From Camelus dromedarius (lineage: Eukaryota), in the NCBI RefSeq assembly GCF_036321535.1, contig NC_087436.1:72604001-72668000 (forward strand): DNA of 64,000 bases, in the 5' to 3' direction. The position numbers were made by a program, and so were the translations under genes. The notes beneath the pieces were generated by a model that did no database searches, had not been told where the DNA came from, and saw only the letters and a list, made by a program, of their open reading frames with translations. This document shows positions 40,118-53,548 of the stretch, piece by piece. Numbering within the stretch: the first letter of the stretch is position 1; each line of letters begins with the position of its first letter.

Positions 40118-40914
40118 TACAGATTTCTTATGTGAAAAAAATTTATTTTAAGAAATGATATAAATTCATCCAAATGTTCTCTTGGTCGCTGCAAAATGCA
40201 GGTGGTAACTGGATGTTCTTGATTTGTTTACTAAACATCTATTAATTCATTCAATTCATTCAACCAACATTAATTGAGCCCTCACCCTGCACCAAGTGTC
40301 ATTACAAGTGACAAAGGAAAAGCAGCCCCTGACATCTGGGAGCTGGTCTGGTACTATCACCTTGGCCTTGATGTTCTCCTATTGAACATTAACAATTTCA
40401 CACAACACCAAGATCACACAAGGCCAGTGTATGGCCGTGATGGATTATGGCAAAAGCTAGACCATTTCATAATCATGTCTAAACACAGACAAAACACAAA
40501 CATAGTCCAAGTCACAGCAGTGACTAAATAGCCCCCTATTCTGACTACTGTGGGTGATCGCTGATTTTTTTTAACAATACAGCTTTAGCCTCTCTCTTTC
40601 TATAGAAGATTTATTAAGATACCCAATCATAGAACTACACCCACTTCCTGACAGCATCTAATTAAGAGCAAAATGTCTTACTTTCAACCCTCCCCTGAAC
40701 CACCCAACACAAGCCCAAATCCTCTATGTCCTTTCAACACTTACTCTACACTATTTTTTGCTGAAATACCCAAGGTTCTCCATAGTGGACATTCTCCCTC
40801 ACTGCAGTTGTTCAGCTGTATTCGTAATGGTCTTTGGCTGGAGGACATTGGTATGGAAGAGAACGTCATAATAAATACCAGGGTATCTGATTACCAAATA
40901 ATTTCATATTGAGG

Positions 40915-41395
40915 TCAACTACATATATCAGAAAACCTTAAATGACAGTAGCTTAAAAAAGGTAGAAGTTTTTCTCTTCTAAGGTAAAGAGTACAGGGCT
41001 GGTGGGCAGCTACAAATCAGAGATTCAAGCTCTTTCTGTCTTCTCTGCATGTACCTTCAGGTTCAGGGTCAATTCATGGTCCAGTATGATTCCTGGAGAT
41101 GCTGCCAAGTGTCCATATTCTAGGCAACTGGAAAGGAATAAAAGGAGCAGAACGATAGGAGTGTAGTTCCCACCTTCATCAGCGACCTTCAAGAAGTCTT
41201 CCAGGAAACTCTACCCATACTTCTGCTCACAGTTCTCCAGACCTCACTTGTACAACTTAGTCATACAGTCACCATCATTTTCAAGGAAACCTGAGAAATG
41301 GTATATAATTTTAGCTGCACACATTGTCAGTCTGAATAATATCAGGGTTCTGTTACTAAGGAAAGAGAAGGAAATGGACACTGAGTAGAGTCTGA
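40915..41395 (-). mobile_element. Old MaLR LTR (MLT1J-like)
   Basis: ACAGTAGCTTAAA…, ACTTAGTCATAC…CAAGGAAACCTGAGAAATG and GGGTTCTGTTACTAAGGAA motifs. Confidence 0.6.
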
Positions 41396-44300
41396 CAAAA
41401 TTATTGATGTGGTAATTAGTATTGAAAAATAGCTCAATTGGGTTAGTTTATGGTGAAGAAAGAAATTTCACCAATAAACAACGTATTCACAGCAGAAATT
41501 GCCTGATTCTGTAGGAAATTATGATATAATGAAATCACATGGTAAGAAAAGATTAGACAGCTGAAAAAAAAAAAAGAAAAAGTGAGAAAAGGACCTTCTG
41601 TTAGAGTTTACCCACAAGTAATGCTCTGGAAATGTCATGTGTCTGGAGTCAGCGGTGCAAGCCATTTGAAATAAGACCTCAGGAACAGGGCTCACTGTTG
41701 TTGCCTTCATCATTCTAAAAAAGTTTTGAATTCTCACAGGCTTATCTGTCACAGTAAGCAAAGCTTCTCGAGTTATGAAATCAGTTATAACAATATTTAT
41801 CTATCCTCATCCACAAATATGCATCAAAATTTTTTTCCATTGGAATCCCTAGTACTTTTTCCATTGATCTTCATATTAATAAAAATAAAAATATATAAGA
41901 TATTTTGAGCAATTATGCTCAAGGGTCAGATAACTGTTCCAAGTATTTTACATGTACTAACACATTTAAACCTCACAAGAATCCAATGGTTAAGGAGTTG
42001 TTATTATTATCACCTCCTTTTCAGAGATGAGAAAACTAGATACATAAAGTATTTAAATAATTCATCCTGGTTGGTAAGGGAAAGATCCAGTAGTCTTGGT
42101 CTCAGATGCTGCAGCCTTAACCACCTCACTCTACTTCCTTGACACCACACGACAAAGGACAGCATAGATGTGGGAGCAGTTGTTCAAGGGTTAGAAAGTG
42201 TGGGGAAAAACAGATGGCTTTAGTGATCATTTTTTTTTTTTCAAAACTGACATCCTCATTGGAAAAACCAATATAATCGATTATAGAAATCATGTCAAAT
42301 CAGTTTGCTTGGGAAATCATCTTGTTGCCGGGATTGGAGTTTTTAACTTAAAAAAACAGAAGTCATACATGATCTTTGTACATATGTTAGGACATACAGA
42401 TAAGCAGTTAATTCCTCAACCGAAGATATAGTTGATATAGAGCCTTTCAAAATTTTTCTACACATGTGTATATATATATATATATTTATATATGTACGTA
42501 TTTGTAAATATATTAAAAATTTCAACTGTACACAGTTTTGTTCATTTTTTATGCAACAAGTATCACACATTTAAAAAATGTTAATAAATATGTCTATATA
42601 ACTTTTTTCTTGTTTTACTCTTAAAAGTAATAAAATTCTAAGAAATGTAGACTTTTCTTATAGTCTTCTCTTTCCTCCTATGTGTGTATATTACCACCCA
42701 AACTCAATAGAAATAAAATATGTCTTTAGTTCTTCCCAGGAAAATCCCATTAAAACCAACCATTTTGTGAAGATTGCAATATTGTTGTAAGAAAAATTAA
42801 AATGAAACATATTTTTAAAATAAATACAGGCATATCTTCAAATCTCCAAATTGGGAAAATTTAGATACATAAAATTTAACATAACTAATTTTTAACAGTC
42901 ATTATGTCCTTAGCTGTCTGGCAGTTAAAATAACTTTTAATAGTGTGAACTGTATGACTTTTTCCAAAAATGTAATTTTAAGCAAAACATATCAAGTTTC
43001 TATTTTTTCTATCTCAATAAATGTAAGAATATTAGTAAATGCTGTTTTTGAGATGGAAACATTTGATCAAATTCATATTTCTTAAAAAAGTTCTCTAACA
43101 TTTTTGCCAATCACGTAAGTAGCACTCCCCCACTATTATATCAGGTTTAGCTCAGGGCAATTGTACTGTTGAAAAGCCAAATATTTCCTTACAGCCACAT
43201 AAGATGGTGCTTGAGAATCCCAAAATTATCCAGCAATTCTATATTTAAAGTATTTTATTGGAATGTTTATTATCTTGCAAAGTGACCAAAATGAAAGATT
43301 TTTGGAATTCCTATGGAAGGAAAAAATCTAGGAATGAAATGACATTTTCTGCAAATGGCAGAATCATCTGGGAGTACATAAACCCAGATTTAAGACCAAA
43401 ATACTGATTTTAGAAAGTACACTGAAGGACCCACAATGTTTATAAAATGTGTAACTATATTTTCAACTCTTTTTCTATGAGTTCTACATGTATCTGTATT
43501 TTTCCATATTAACCTTACAAATATTTACTTTTATTCTGGCCACATAATTTCAGTGCACACAATCAGACAGCTTTGGGACATACGACATACAAAGGCCACT
43601 TTCTTTGTGGTTTAACCTATCCCTGCCTAGGACAGACTGTACATGAGTGTCTATTCAACAAATTGGTAATTTCTTCACTTAGGCTATTTTAAAACTGCTG
43701 TTCTTAATGAACTCAGAAACAAAACCTGCTGTGTTCCTGGGAAAATACAACAGAGTCCATATATAATACAGCCTAGCTCTGCTAAATGGCACGAATATTT
43801 AAGAGGAGTATCTAAACTGATAACAGAAACACATCAAATATGGGTCATTTCTAACAGGATCGTTTAATTATTAGGGGTAAGCATATGTTGTTCGCTTTTA
43901 ACTAAAAGAGGGCGAATAAGAGAGTCCTGCAACTATGAAAAAGTGGTCATCACACAGCCCTGACCGTGCAACACCGCAGGGATAAACTGGAAAGTAAAGT
44001 GCAAGAAAATGAGGAGAGCAGAAGTCTGTGAAGATTAAGTGAATACAAAGTATGTTTTTAATTTGGAAATAATAAATCAAGGATATAATTATTTAATGAC
44101 TAAAACTGGTCATCTATAAACATCTTTCATAGGACTCTGACTATCTGCCCTCAATATATTATTTTTCTGAAATAATAAAATGCCAAATCTTACTCTGAAA
44201 TCCTAAATGTACAAAGAATTAATAATGCTAAAATTTAACATGCTTCCTCGTTCAGTGTATGATGGTTGCAGACATCTGTTTTCTGATATTACATTTAGAA

Positions 44301-47300
44301 TTGAGTGAGAACCCAACATGATTTGGTTGTAGATGTGATTCCACTTATGTGACAAATTGGATCCTGAAGAACTATATGCAAAGAGGATTTTTCTTTGTCG
44401 TATATTCAGACATATTTTCACCACATTAAGATAGTTCCCTATTTAAAGGACAGTATTTAAATCAGTTTGCAACATGAGTTTCTTAGAAGTAAAATTAATG
44501 TCTTCATCACACTTACTCATATACTTCATGTTGAAATTCATTTTGCCATCCTTCCTGTTTCCAATAAAACTTCCATCCACATGAATGTGCAGCCCCACCA
44601 GTTTACACCCTCTCTGAATGTACCTTAATTTTTTTCACTTATGTATCCCCTAGTGGAGTAGTTCTTTATCAGTGAAAACGTACACAGGCCAGGACCCCAC
44701 ACCAAACCTACTGACTCGAGAGAGGAGAAGAGAGAGTGGATTTTGCTAAGATTCTCAGGTTATCAGCTGACCTTTGGTGAGAGTGAAATCCAGAGCCCTT
44801 GTCTCTCACTGCGAAGAAGGGTGTTCGAGAAATAATTCCTGGAATGAATTCTTCCACAATGTCTTAAAATCCTCCACATTTTTGAGGCCCAATTTAAGGC
44901 CTCTGTCTGTTCACCATCCCTCATTCTCCTCGTATGTGCCTGCTCTATCCCTCACTCCTGCCCACGCCTACCTCTGCTCTTCTACACTGTTATGATTGTT
45001 CAGTGGAATAATCCTCTCCAGTTTACTCAGCCATCTGTTTCCTCTAGAGAGAAAATGTGAACTACTTAAGTCTAGGGGTATCACGTATTTCTTTTTATTA
45101 CCTTCCTCCACCATCCCAAGTCCTCTCTATCACATATTTTATTTCCTTTCTATCACTCCTCCCTATCTAAATTTATCTTATGTATTGTTTCCTTGGTTAT
45201 GATGTGTTTCTCTTTAATAGAATGTAAGGTCCTTAAAAACAAGGACACTATGACTTATTCCAAATTCTTTCCCCACTGCCTAAAACAGTGTTTAGTTCTC
45301 AAAATATATTTAATGAGTAAATGAGCTACCTAGAGGATTGACTTTTGTTTGTGTAACTGTAATCATATATTATATTTACTTACCATTATATCAAATCATT
45401 CACTGCCTTCAGTCCCATCTGCTACTCCTTGCTCTGCAAAATCCATCCCATGATGGATATAAAGGGCAAGTAATTATATTTTATTCTGTCAAGGTGCCTG
45501 ACAATCAAGCTCCTTTAAGGCCTCTTTTTTGAGGGAACTAAAAAGTATATCTTCTTTGGCATGGATACATTCCAAGGTGAAAATAGAAAATTATAGACAT
45601 CAAACTGGAGCTAATGCATTTGTTAATAACATCTGAAATATTACTTACACACTATTTCTTAATTTTAGTTTGGGAGCTCATGTACTGACTCATAAAAATT
45701 GACTGTGAGGTAATACTTACTCAGACCCTGGCACTTTCTGTACAAACTCAAGATCAGCTGTGAGAACAGACACATGAGGAGGCTCTGGGTTCTATAGCAC
45801 ACCTCTGAGCAGAGTCAAAGTGAGTTTGTTTCCACTATACATAAAGTATTATCAGGGTCCAGATACCAGGTACCAACATGAGTGGTCAGCTAAGAATATT
45901 TGCCCTTAGGGCTACCCTTAACTTCCTACTAGGTGAGAGAACCATCAATTGATGAGGATAAAGAAGAGCTGTTTCTCTACTTGAATTTCTTGAAATTGCT
46001 CCTCCTCGTCTCAGCTCAGCATACAGAATGTAAAGCATCCCACCCCTGCATTGGGCTGGTTTCTTTCTCATGCATAGATTCCAGAATGTCATGAGTCATC
46101 AAGGGGTGCCGCCATTGTGATGCAACTATGATGACGCCCCGTGATACCCTATAATGCACCATAAAATGTTCAAAATGTTTAACTTTAATGTGAAGTAGGT
46201 ACAAAGTTAATGGCTTGAAAATACTGAAGATTCATTCATGTGCTCTGTGAGTAGCTACCTTTATAAGAGTTACATAGTTCTTCAATATGATTTAACATAA
46301 TGTAACTATCATAATGTCCAGGTTAATAATAGTTACTATCTACCGAGCACTCACCACACTCTAGGATCTGTGTTACTTGTTCATGTATCTTATCTCACTT
46401 GAACTCCTTAACAGCAAGTGGGTATCTTTATTCTTATTTTCAGATGAGGAATCCATGTCTTTTAAACATTGTGTGGTGGAATTTATATATGAAAATCCAA
46501 CTGGTTTGAATCTAAAGCTCATACTAAGCAGTCTGTCCCTATGATGCGATGGTATATTCCAGACCAGCATAAATTATCACCCTCTAAATTTCCAACTGGA
46601 AAAAACTAAACAATTTCCAATGTAAAGAACCCACTTTCACTTCAAACAAAGTAAAACACTTTCAATGACAGCTATGCACAATTTGCCTTCACCTAAATAA
46701 GAAGAAAGAGTGGAGAAAGGAAAGAACAGGATTAGTACAAAATCAAAATTTAGGAGAGCAGAAAGGTTCAACAGTATAGTGACAGCCTGCACACTAAACA
46801 AAATCTCCACCATCTTTTGAAATCTGTGGGCAAGCCTCTGAATCTCTCTGAATCACAATCACCTCATCCATCAAAAAAGATGACAATGCAGGCAGGCCCC
46901 TGCTTTTCCTTGGAATGGGCTCCGCCACCTTTCTAGTCTGGTTTTCCATTCTTGTTCACACCTTGCCATCTGGTATTCTTTCCATTTCCCACTTTTTGCT
47001 AAGAAGGGGAGCAGGTCTTCATTTAATCTACCTCTTCATTACCCCCGTGCATAAAAATAAAACAAGTAGATTACACAAAACATGCTCTCAACACATGTCG
47101 ATTAGGAGAGAAGACATGATTCATGACTGCTTATTTTATCCTACTAAATGCATGGTGTTATTTAGCCTACTTTACTACAATATGCCATTAAAAAATAAGT
47201 AGCTTTTAAAAAGTTTCCAAGAATTAGGACAGATGCACTGTGACCCACATTCCTAAAAGAGTTGTTTTACTGGAACAATCACAGAAGAGATATGTATCTT

Positions 47301-48345
47301 CAGGACAGAAACCCTAAGAGACAACAATGCTTTTTTTTTTTTTTTCCTTTCTTCCTCAAGTCAAGAAAAAATCAGTTCTGGAGTTGTCTCTACATCAAAG
47401 TTGGTCATGTTAAGCAGTTCTTTCCCCCTCTCACGATCAAAAAGCCCTACTAGGTTCTAAATGGGCCCTAACAGCTGGCCCTTTCATCTTGGGATTCAAG
47501 AGGCACGGAGTTGGGCACCACCCTCCATCCAAATGCTAATACGCCACCAGTAGAGATGATTCCTTTAGGATGAATATTATTCTCCCCAGACACTCTTTTC
47601 AAAGAGAAGTTTAGCATAAACCCCTTTCATTAGAGAGAACAGAGATTTTAGAGTCAGAAAAACTTGAAGTGAAATCCATCTGGCTTCTGCCGCGACCAGC
47701 TGTGTGAAGTCCTCCTTGCTTTGTAAAGCTGACATTGGTCCCTCTCGTAAGACAGTTTGGAAAATAGTACTTTCCTAGCAAGATTTTTGAATGAGATGGA
47801 GTAGCTAGAGTGTACAGTTTGGCAACAATACATGCTCAATTAGTATTAGTTTTGATGAGGGCTTAGGACCACGTAAAGAATGGGAAGAGAGGAGGTTGAA
47901 AATTCTAGCCACGTCACAGTAGTTGACGGGAAAGGACCCTGGGTTGAGACAGGGGCCGGTGATAAATAAAGCAGCGTCTCATTAGGAGGCGCGCGCTCCA
48001 GTCATTTAGTGACCTTCTTTATCCTTGTTAAAGACATCGGGCTATCACTGCTAAGTCACTCTTGGTTTTAAAGTACTTTTACATCTTACTACGAAACTTT
48101 TCTAGTTAATCCCTGCCGTAGTATTAAGATCAACCAAAGCCTATTCGGAGGATTTCCGGATAGTATGGGATTTTTAATGTTAGATACTAGCGCCCAAACC
48201 CAACTCCCGCCCTCGAATGTGGATCTGGTATTTTTTCAGCTTGCAGTGAGGGAACTTTCATTTCCTCCCAGCGGTTCCCGTGTGTGGTTTTGGGGTAGTA
48301 ACCCCTCCCGGGGCGGCCGCCCGCCTCCACCCACCTCGCCGGCCG

Positions 48346-48390
48346 CCGTGACGTCACGGGCGATGCCTGGGTCCCCGCCCGGCCTATAAA
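48346..48390 (+). promoter_or_regulatory. AREG: AREG core promoter: full CRE TGACGTCA (48349-48356), GC box (48373-48380), TATAAA (48385-48390); TSS ~48415
   Basis: All motifs are directly visible. AREG is an established cAMP/CREB-responsive gene. The TSS is inferred from TATA spacing. Confidence 0.9.
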
Positions 48391-48603
48391 GCGGCAGGTG
48401 CGCGCCGCGCCTGCGGAATGTTCGCACACCTTGTGCCCGCGCCGGAGTCGGAGCCCAGGGATCCCGCGGCGAGCCCGGCCGGGCCTGCGAGCACAGCCGC
48501 TCGGTCCCCCCCGTCCCAGCTCCCCGCCGCCACGTCCTCCTCCCGCCCGCAGCTCCCGGCAGAGTTGCCCCAGAGACCGCGACGCCGCCTCTCCGAGGGA
48601 CCA

Positions 48604-48664
48604 ATGAGAGCCCCGCCGCTGCCGTCGGCGCCCGTGGTGCTGTCGCTCTTGATCCTCGGCTCAG
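48604..48664 (+). CDS. AREG: Amphiregulin exon 1 coding part (signal peptide MRAPPLPSAPVVLSLLILGS)
   Basis: ATG at 48604 and CAG/GTGAGG donor; matches the AREG signal peptide. Confidence 0.97.
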
Positions 48665-49157
48665 GTGAGGACATCCCGGCTCTGACCTGCCGGGCGCCTC
48701 TCCCACCGCGGGCAAAACGGTCACCTTGAATTCTGCTGCTGTTTCTCCCAAAACCCGCTCTTGGGAGGCGACCCCAGCTCTGTCCCGCGGGAGGTGGTCA
48801 CGGTGGCTCCCTCAATATAGTTAGTTACTCCCTGGGAGGAAGAGAAAAGCGTGCAGGTGTTTGAGATGTGCCGGGCCAGCAAGAGGATGCCGTAGAATCC
48901 TTGTATTTTTACTTTAGTCCAGATGAAGGAGAACCTAGAGATCCTGTGATCCAAACCCTTCGTTTTACAGGTAAAGAAACCGAAGCCAGAGAGGTGTAGT
49001 GATTTCCTCAGATCCTGGAGCAGCGTAGTTAAGTCCTGGACCGAGGAGCGCAGCCTCCTGCCTAAATTCTCCATCTCCTCTGTCAAGTGATTTTGTTTTT
49101 ACCTTTCTGGAGGTCCTCGCATCATCACAGGGAGAAGTTAAAAGCATCACTCTAGGG

Positions 49158-49158
<1 letters not shown>

Positions 49159-49190
<32 letters not shown>
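49159..49190. repeat. Pure T32 homopolymer in AREG intron 1
   Basis: Directly visible. Confidence 0.95.
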
Positions 49191-49195
<5 letters not shown>

Positions 49196-49787
49196 CCTTG
49201 ATAAAGCAGGGGCTTGAAACTTTGACCCCCAAATTTTAACCTAGTCTGTAATTTTCTTCTCTGTGTGAGAACAATAAGAAACAATGGCAATAAGAACAAT
49301 TATTGTCAACTACTATTTATATCACTTTTTACATTTTATATAGCTATTCTTTTTAAAATGTGAGCACGTATTAAGAAAATTTGGTATTTATCTTTGGAAT
49401 CTGTTTATTAAAATGGGACAGGTAGCATTACAGCAAACGCAAAAGCGTTTGGTATGTGACATGATGGCAATGTTTAGACATTGCCTGTTAAGTAATTATA
49501 TAAAATTAATTTGCCTATTTGGCAGTATTTTTTGATGTGGAGATTAATGTAGACTATCTGTGAAGAAGAAAACCTTAATGAAAGAAGCTCTGTAATTGGA
49601 ACAGCTGAGTTTGCTTGTTGGCAAAATGTGATGTTGGTTTCGTAAGTGACTCAGTCACCAACAATAGCACATGTGCAATAATTGCTTTGATATTAGAAGG
49701 TAAACAGTTCTCCCGAATGCAACTGACTGGTGAGAAAAGGCATTCTCCCTTACCTTTGCTTTTCTTCCCTTGTTCTTGCTCCTACAG

Positions 49788-50036
49788 CCTATTATGCTGC
49801 TGGACTGGACGTCAATGAAACTTACTCTGGGAAAGGGGAACCACTTTCTGGGGACCACAGTGCTGATGGATTTAATGTTACCTCAAGAAGTGACGTGTCC
49901 TGGGGGAGTGAGATTTCTCCCGTGAGTGAAATGCCTCCTGGTAGCGAACTGTCCTCAGGGATCGACTATGACTATGCAGACGAGTACGATAATGAACAAC
50001 AGATGTCTGGCTATATCGTGGATGATTCCGTCAGAG
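49788..50036 (+). CDS. AREG: Amphiregulin exon 2 (249 bp; acidic pro-region to …GYIVDDSVR)
   Basis: Long pyrimidine tract ending CTACAG and GTGAGT donor. The translation lies within ORF 49730-50044. Confidence 0.98.
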
Positions 50037-52629
50037 GTGAGTAGAGGGTAGGGTAGTGATGTAGCCAGTGAGCAAAGCTGCTTCAAAAGGAAATCTTTTT
50101 TCCCAGTCTTCTGGTGGCTTTTTGTGTGTATGACTGTTGTGTACCCTGCTAGGTAAGCTACGAACTGAGATGGAAAGAGCTACTTGTGGCACACCTTGTA
50201 TGTATGGAGCTCTAACAAACGTTTTAGGTCTATGAAGTGTAATCTTAACAACAACGTTATGAAGTAGGAATTGTCATTTCACAGATGTGATAAGTGAAGC
50301 TCAAAAGGGGTAAATGTTCTGCCCAGAGTTCCACAGCCGGCCAGCAGCTGAGCCAGAGTGAGAACTCTAGTCTGTTTGCTTCGAGTTACTATGTGCTTTC
50401 CCACTGTGCCACATGACCCCCATTCTGAGAAGTGGACGTAGACCAGTCCTGTCTACTTTGTATCTCAGCTCTTACGTCCACCTCCCCACCACGTTTCCCT
50501 AAATAACTGCATTTTAACACAAAACAAGGGAATAGAAAGAAGTAATGCGAAAAGAACGATTGGACCTTAGCCTTTAAGTATTAGGTGCTGAGAAATCGGT
50601 GATAATAATAGCAATACCACTTTCGGGAAATATAAAAGAAGGATAAATATGCCTGGATTTTACATTGCTAAAAATCACTATTTAACTAGCTCAGTAATAG
50701 TGACCCACACTTTTCTTCTCCTTTGCTATTATCTGATCTTTAAAAAAGAGCATTTGCTTAAAATGAAGGTACCAAAGTAAGGGGCCACATTGTTCATCAC
50801 CCTCATATCACTTTGTAGTCTGAGAGAAGATGGGGTCATCAGTAAATCAGACCTAGATATCCCAGGAGCATCTAGCATCGAGGCAGGAAGCAAGGCTGTC
50901 CTTTCTTGGCCTTAGTTTCCCTGTCTCCTCCCACTCTGTCTGGCTCCCAGAACTGGTGAAGAGATAACGGGTGATACCACAGGGACAGTGCCTGGATGAA
51001 GTGGCAGTTGGGAAGAACTTTAGCAAACATTCCACTTTCCTCCCTTGCATCGGAATTCTGCTTTTACGTAAGGTGGGGAAGGACCCATCTATAATTCTTA
51101 GTTTGGGGGGATGAGATTAGGCTGTCAAGGCTCTAGAATCTGTTCCCTTAAAGATGTTTCAAGTTGTTAACATTTCAAAAGGCCAAATAAATTTTTGATG
51201 GTGCGAATGGCTGGTGCCTAGAATTGCAGTGCGTTGTGAAACAGAGTGAAAGGTAAGCCTTGGGGTTAATGTCTATTGCAGCACGTTAGCGTAGTGACTG
51301 TATGTCTCTAAAATTTGCACTGTATCCGACAAAGTGCAGTAATATTGACTTACAATGTTTCTGTTAGAGGACTTATCCCAACTTCTGGTACTTTTTTATC
51401 ATCAGAAGAAAATTTCAATATAAAAATTGCAGCTCAAAAGGATTAAATGTTCTGCCCAATCTACCACCTATTAAACATTGCTCCTAATTTGACTGCTGTT
51501 ATAATAACTACTAAAATATTCATAATATGTGTCATTTCCTTAATCACAGGGTTCTATCTTTGATACCCTTCCCTATGTTTCTAGTGTCTTCTATCTAATA
51601 TGTGCTGCAGGACCATTATAACTAATTGTATTATGACATTATGATATTTTCCTCTTTTCACTGGCTCTACTAAATACTTGCTCAGATAATTCCATACAGG
51701 GATTAGTAGAACAAAATGCACAGCTCTAACATGGAAACTCCTCCTCCTACTACTTAGCGTGTGGGTAGGCTATATCCTGCGTAACTAAAACACTGAGCAA
51801 AGGTGTCTGTGGATCTGAAGAGTTAAGATGAATTTCTGAAGCATTAAGCACAAATATTTCTGGACCCCTATTTTTTCAAATAGATTGATCACAGAAATGA
51901 GCTCCCTGGAAGATATCAGTCAACTATAATCTGTTGTAATCTGGGAGTTGGAGAAAATTGATGAACGCTAATATATAATTCTCAGTTTCCTCCACCTCAA
52001 GTAATACACACTAATTCCCAATTATGATAGTGAGCACAAGACTGACATGAATAAATAAAATCATCAAATATACTCAAGTCCCACTTTAATTAATGGCACT
52101 GACCTTTTCCAAGAGAAAACATAGTCAGTAGGGAAATTATTGGCTTTCACATCCCAGCTATGCCATTTTCTAGCTACATGTCCTAGGGCAAGTTACTAGT
52201 CTTCACTCAACTTCATTTTTCTCATTTGTATCATCTGGATGGTAATAACACATCCAACCTTGGTTTGGGTTTAATTAAATTATTGCTCATTACCAAGAAC
52301 TTGGATATATTAGAAATTCAAGAAGTTTTTAAAATATTCAATGAATTTTCTTAACCAAGTATCTTCTATTATCAATAATAATACTGATATAAATAAATTA
52401 AAGACATGTTTCTACATTTATACAACAAAAGGGTTCAGATTTTTAAGTGCCACACAATATATTCTCTTTTTTCATCCTTTGTTGTGTATGAATTGTGTTG
52501 AATAATGAGGCCAATATGACTCTTCTCCCCATTAGCTTCTCACTGGTAGGACTTCTTTCCCTCATGTCTCCAAAATGGTATTCAAGATGAAGAGAGACTG
52601 TGGTCAATAAATCTCTCTCTTTTTTTCAG

Positions 52630-52831
52630 TTGAACAGGTAGTTAAGCCCAAGAAAAACAAAACAGAAAGTGAAAAGACTTCAGATAAACCCAAAAGAAAG
52701 AAAAAGGGAGGCAAAAATGGAAAAAATAGAAGAAACAGAAAGAAGAAAAATCCATGTGATGCAAAATTCCAAAATTTCTGTATTCATGGAGAATGCAAAT
52801 ATATAGAGCACCTGGAAACAGTAACATGCCA
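52630..52831 (+). CDS. AREG: Amphiregulin exon 3 (202 bp; basic heparin-binding domain and EGF start, [67 protein letters not shown])
   Basis: TTTTTTCAG acceptor and GTAAGT donor; hallmark Lys/Arg-rich segment and EGF cysteines. Confidence 0.98.
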
Positions 52832-52927
52832 GTAAGTTTCCCTAAATTATGTAGAATTCTATATTCCTAACACTGTGTCTGAAAGCTCTAGCTGCAGAAA
52901 ACCATTTATCTTCTTCAATGCATAAAC

Positions 52928-53125
52928 CAAGGGTTGGCAAACTTTTTCTTAAAGAACTACATAGGAAATGTTTTCAGCTTCATGGCTCAAGACTATGTTT
53001 GTACTTATATCACCTACTAAAATATAGCCATTTAAAAATGGAAAAACCATTCTTGTCTTAACATGCTGTAAAAGACCTGGAAAATGGTCAGATCTGACCC
53101 ATGGGCTGTAGTTTGCTGAACCCTG
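52928..53125. mobile_element. MER58-like hAT-Charlie MITE in AREG intron 3
   Basis: Imperfect terminal inverted repeats CAAGGGTTGGCAAACT … AGTTTGCTGAACCCTG. Confidence 0.75.
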
Positions 53126-53548
53126 ATGGAAACCACCATTTTACAATACGTATTTTATAAAACCTCCTGTTAAAAAGGAGCTAAAGGTCCTTTTCACATA
53201 ATGTTGTTCTGGCTCCCCACCCTCCCAAAGCCGCTAGCACATTAAATGATAGTGGAATGTATTAGCTGCATAATCGGCCACTGAACTCATCAGTTGGTCA
53301 TAGAAGGATCACAAAGAATGAAAAGGTGTGTCTTCTTGGAATATCACACCCAAACTAATCTCAACTTGTTCTTATACTAATAGAGCTTTAGGTCAAATGC
53401 ATTCTGTCTCATCATTTTGCAATACAAACATATGGCATGACTTTTTTTTTAATGTTAGAATTAATTGTTGTTTATGATCTGGAAAGTAGACATAAAATAT
53501 ACAGAATGTTTTCAGTGATTATAATTTTAAAATGTGGGTTGTTTGCAG

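Larger units (their letters stand above)
48270..48810. promoter_or_regulatory. AREG: CpG island spanning the AREG promoter and exon 1
   Basis: Sharp rise in GC and CpG content against the AT-rich background. Confidence 0.92.

Noticed and set aside
11500..47800. An additional gene or novel multi-gene system in the intergenic region
   Set aside because: I found no spliceable exon chain or recognisable protein domain, and much of the sequence is old repeats. A lncRNA cannot be excluded without expression data.
48236..48751. 171-aa antisense ORF and other overlapping ORFs in the CpG island
   Set aside because: Stop codons are scarce in GC-rich DNA. The products are low-complexity with no recognisable domain, and the region is explained by the AREG promoter and exon 1.
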